Positions 58,798-59,056 of a stretch of DNA of 59,056 bases are shown one piece after another. The notes beneath the pieces are model-generated. The model did no database searches. It saw only the letters and a list, made by a program, of their open reading frames with translations, and had not been told where the DNA came from. Position 1 is the stretch's first letter; every line of letters begins with the position of its first letter. The position numbers and the translations under genes are program-made. Origin of the DNA: Chloroflexota bacterium (GTDB lineage: Bacteria > Chloroflexota > Dehalococcoidia > Dehalococcoidales > SURF-40); contig JAZDKE010000069.1 in the NCBI GenBank assembly GCA_043803245.1, forward strand, positions 1 through 59,056, written 5' to 3'.

Positions 58798-58826
58798 ATT
58801 ATATAAGTTCACTTGTATATTGTCAA
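58798..58826 (-). promoter_or_regulatory. Perfect consensus sigma70 promoter with overlapping inverted repeat; leaderless arrangement
   Basis: TTGACA-N17-TATAAT, 6 nt before ATG 58791. TATATAAGT-TC-ACTTGTATA dyad at 58800-58819. Confidence 0.85.
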
Positions 58827-58844
58827 TACCTTTTGCCATTATTT

Positions 58845-59056
58845 TTACCTTGCCTTAGCCCGGTGTGCGTTAATCTCCGCTATGTAGGCGTTATATTTAT
58901 CCGCCGGTATCCTATCGTCCACGAAATGAATTCCGCGTTCAGCTATGCCATAGACGTAATGGGGCTTTGCACCATCTACGCCCACGGCCCTGCGGTCAAC
59001 GTAGCGCCATTTGTACCACTTGGAGATTAGAGACAATAGACTGGCGTATGGCACCC
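58845..59056 (-). CDS. 3' part of an element-encoded hypothetical protein (start probably outside window)
   Basis: Open frame to the window edge: ...SLLSLISKWYKWRYVDRRAV...YVYGIAERGIHF; loosely winged-helix-like. Confidence 0.5.
   Translation of the reverse strand, partial: VPYASLLSLISKWYKWRYVDRRAVGVDGAKPHYVYGIAERGIHFVDDRIPADKYNAYIAEINAHRAKAR

Larger units (their letters stand above)
57087..59056. mobile_element. End of an integrated element (prophage/ICE/IME), continuing beyond the window
   Basis: Abrupt loss of comEC, visibly lower GC, terminal large serine recombinase. Confidence 0.85.

Overview
GC-rich bacterial chromosome segment. Gene order (nusA-ylxR-infB-rbfA-truB-ino1-GT4-pgsA-purA / dapA-asd-dapB-pnp-rpsO, fused pilMN, lexA divergent from comEA-comEC) suggests Chloroflexota, probably class Dehalococcoidia (inference, not verified by search). 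In order it holds: (1) a Tat-exported ArrA/ArxA-like molybdoenzyme operon (A-B-NrfD-ferredoxin) with an altered predicted active site and an apparent ATT start; (2) ZIP transporter, lipoprotein, Trm112, queD-folK; (3) a type IV pilus locus with a NarL-type regulator; (4) acyl-CoA carboxyltransferase (frameshift in a G9 tract), LutA/LutB-like genes, class I fumarase and nadB; (5) housekeeping genes, including an ino1/PimA-like/PgsA-like inositol-lipid trio; (6) an accessory anaerobic acyl-CoA catabolic island (orphan etfB, U32 pair, thiolase+DUF35, second thiolase, ACAD, two 4-hydroxybutyryl-CoA dehydratase paralogues, three SDRs); (7) lexA and comEA-comEC. The strongest signal is at the right end, where comEC is cut by an integrated element at an ATTGAC-CT-GTCAAT junction. 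The element's large serine recombinase gene itself spans that junction, and it is co-transcribed with a small Zn-ribbon gene from a perfect-consensus, apparently leaderless promoter. I saw no tRNA, rRNA or CRISPR array. All family calls come from motif recognition by eye.
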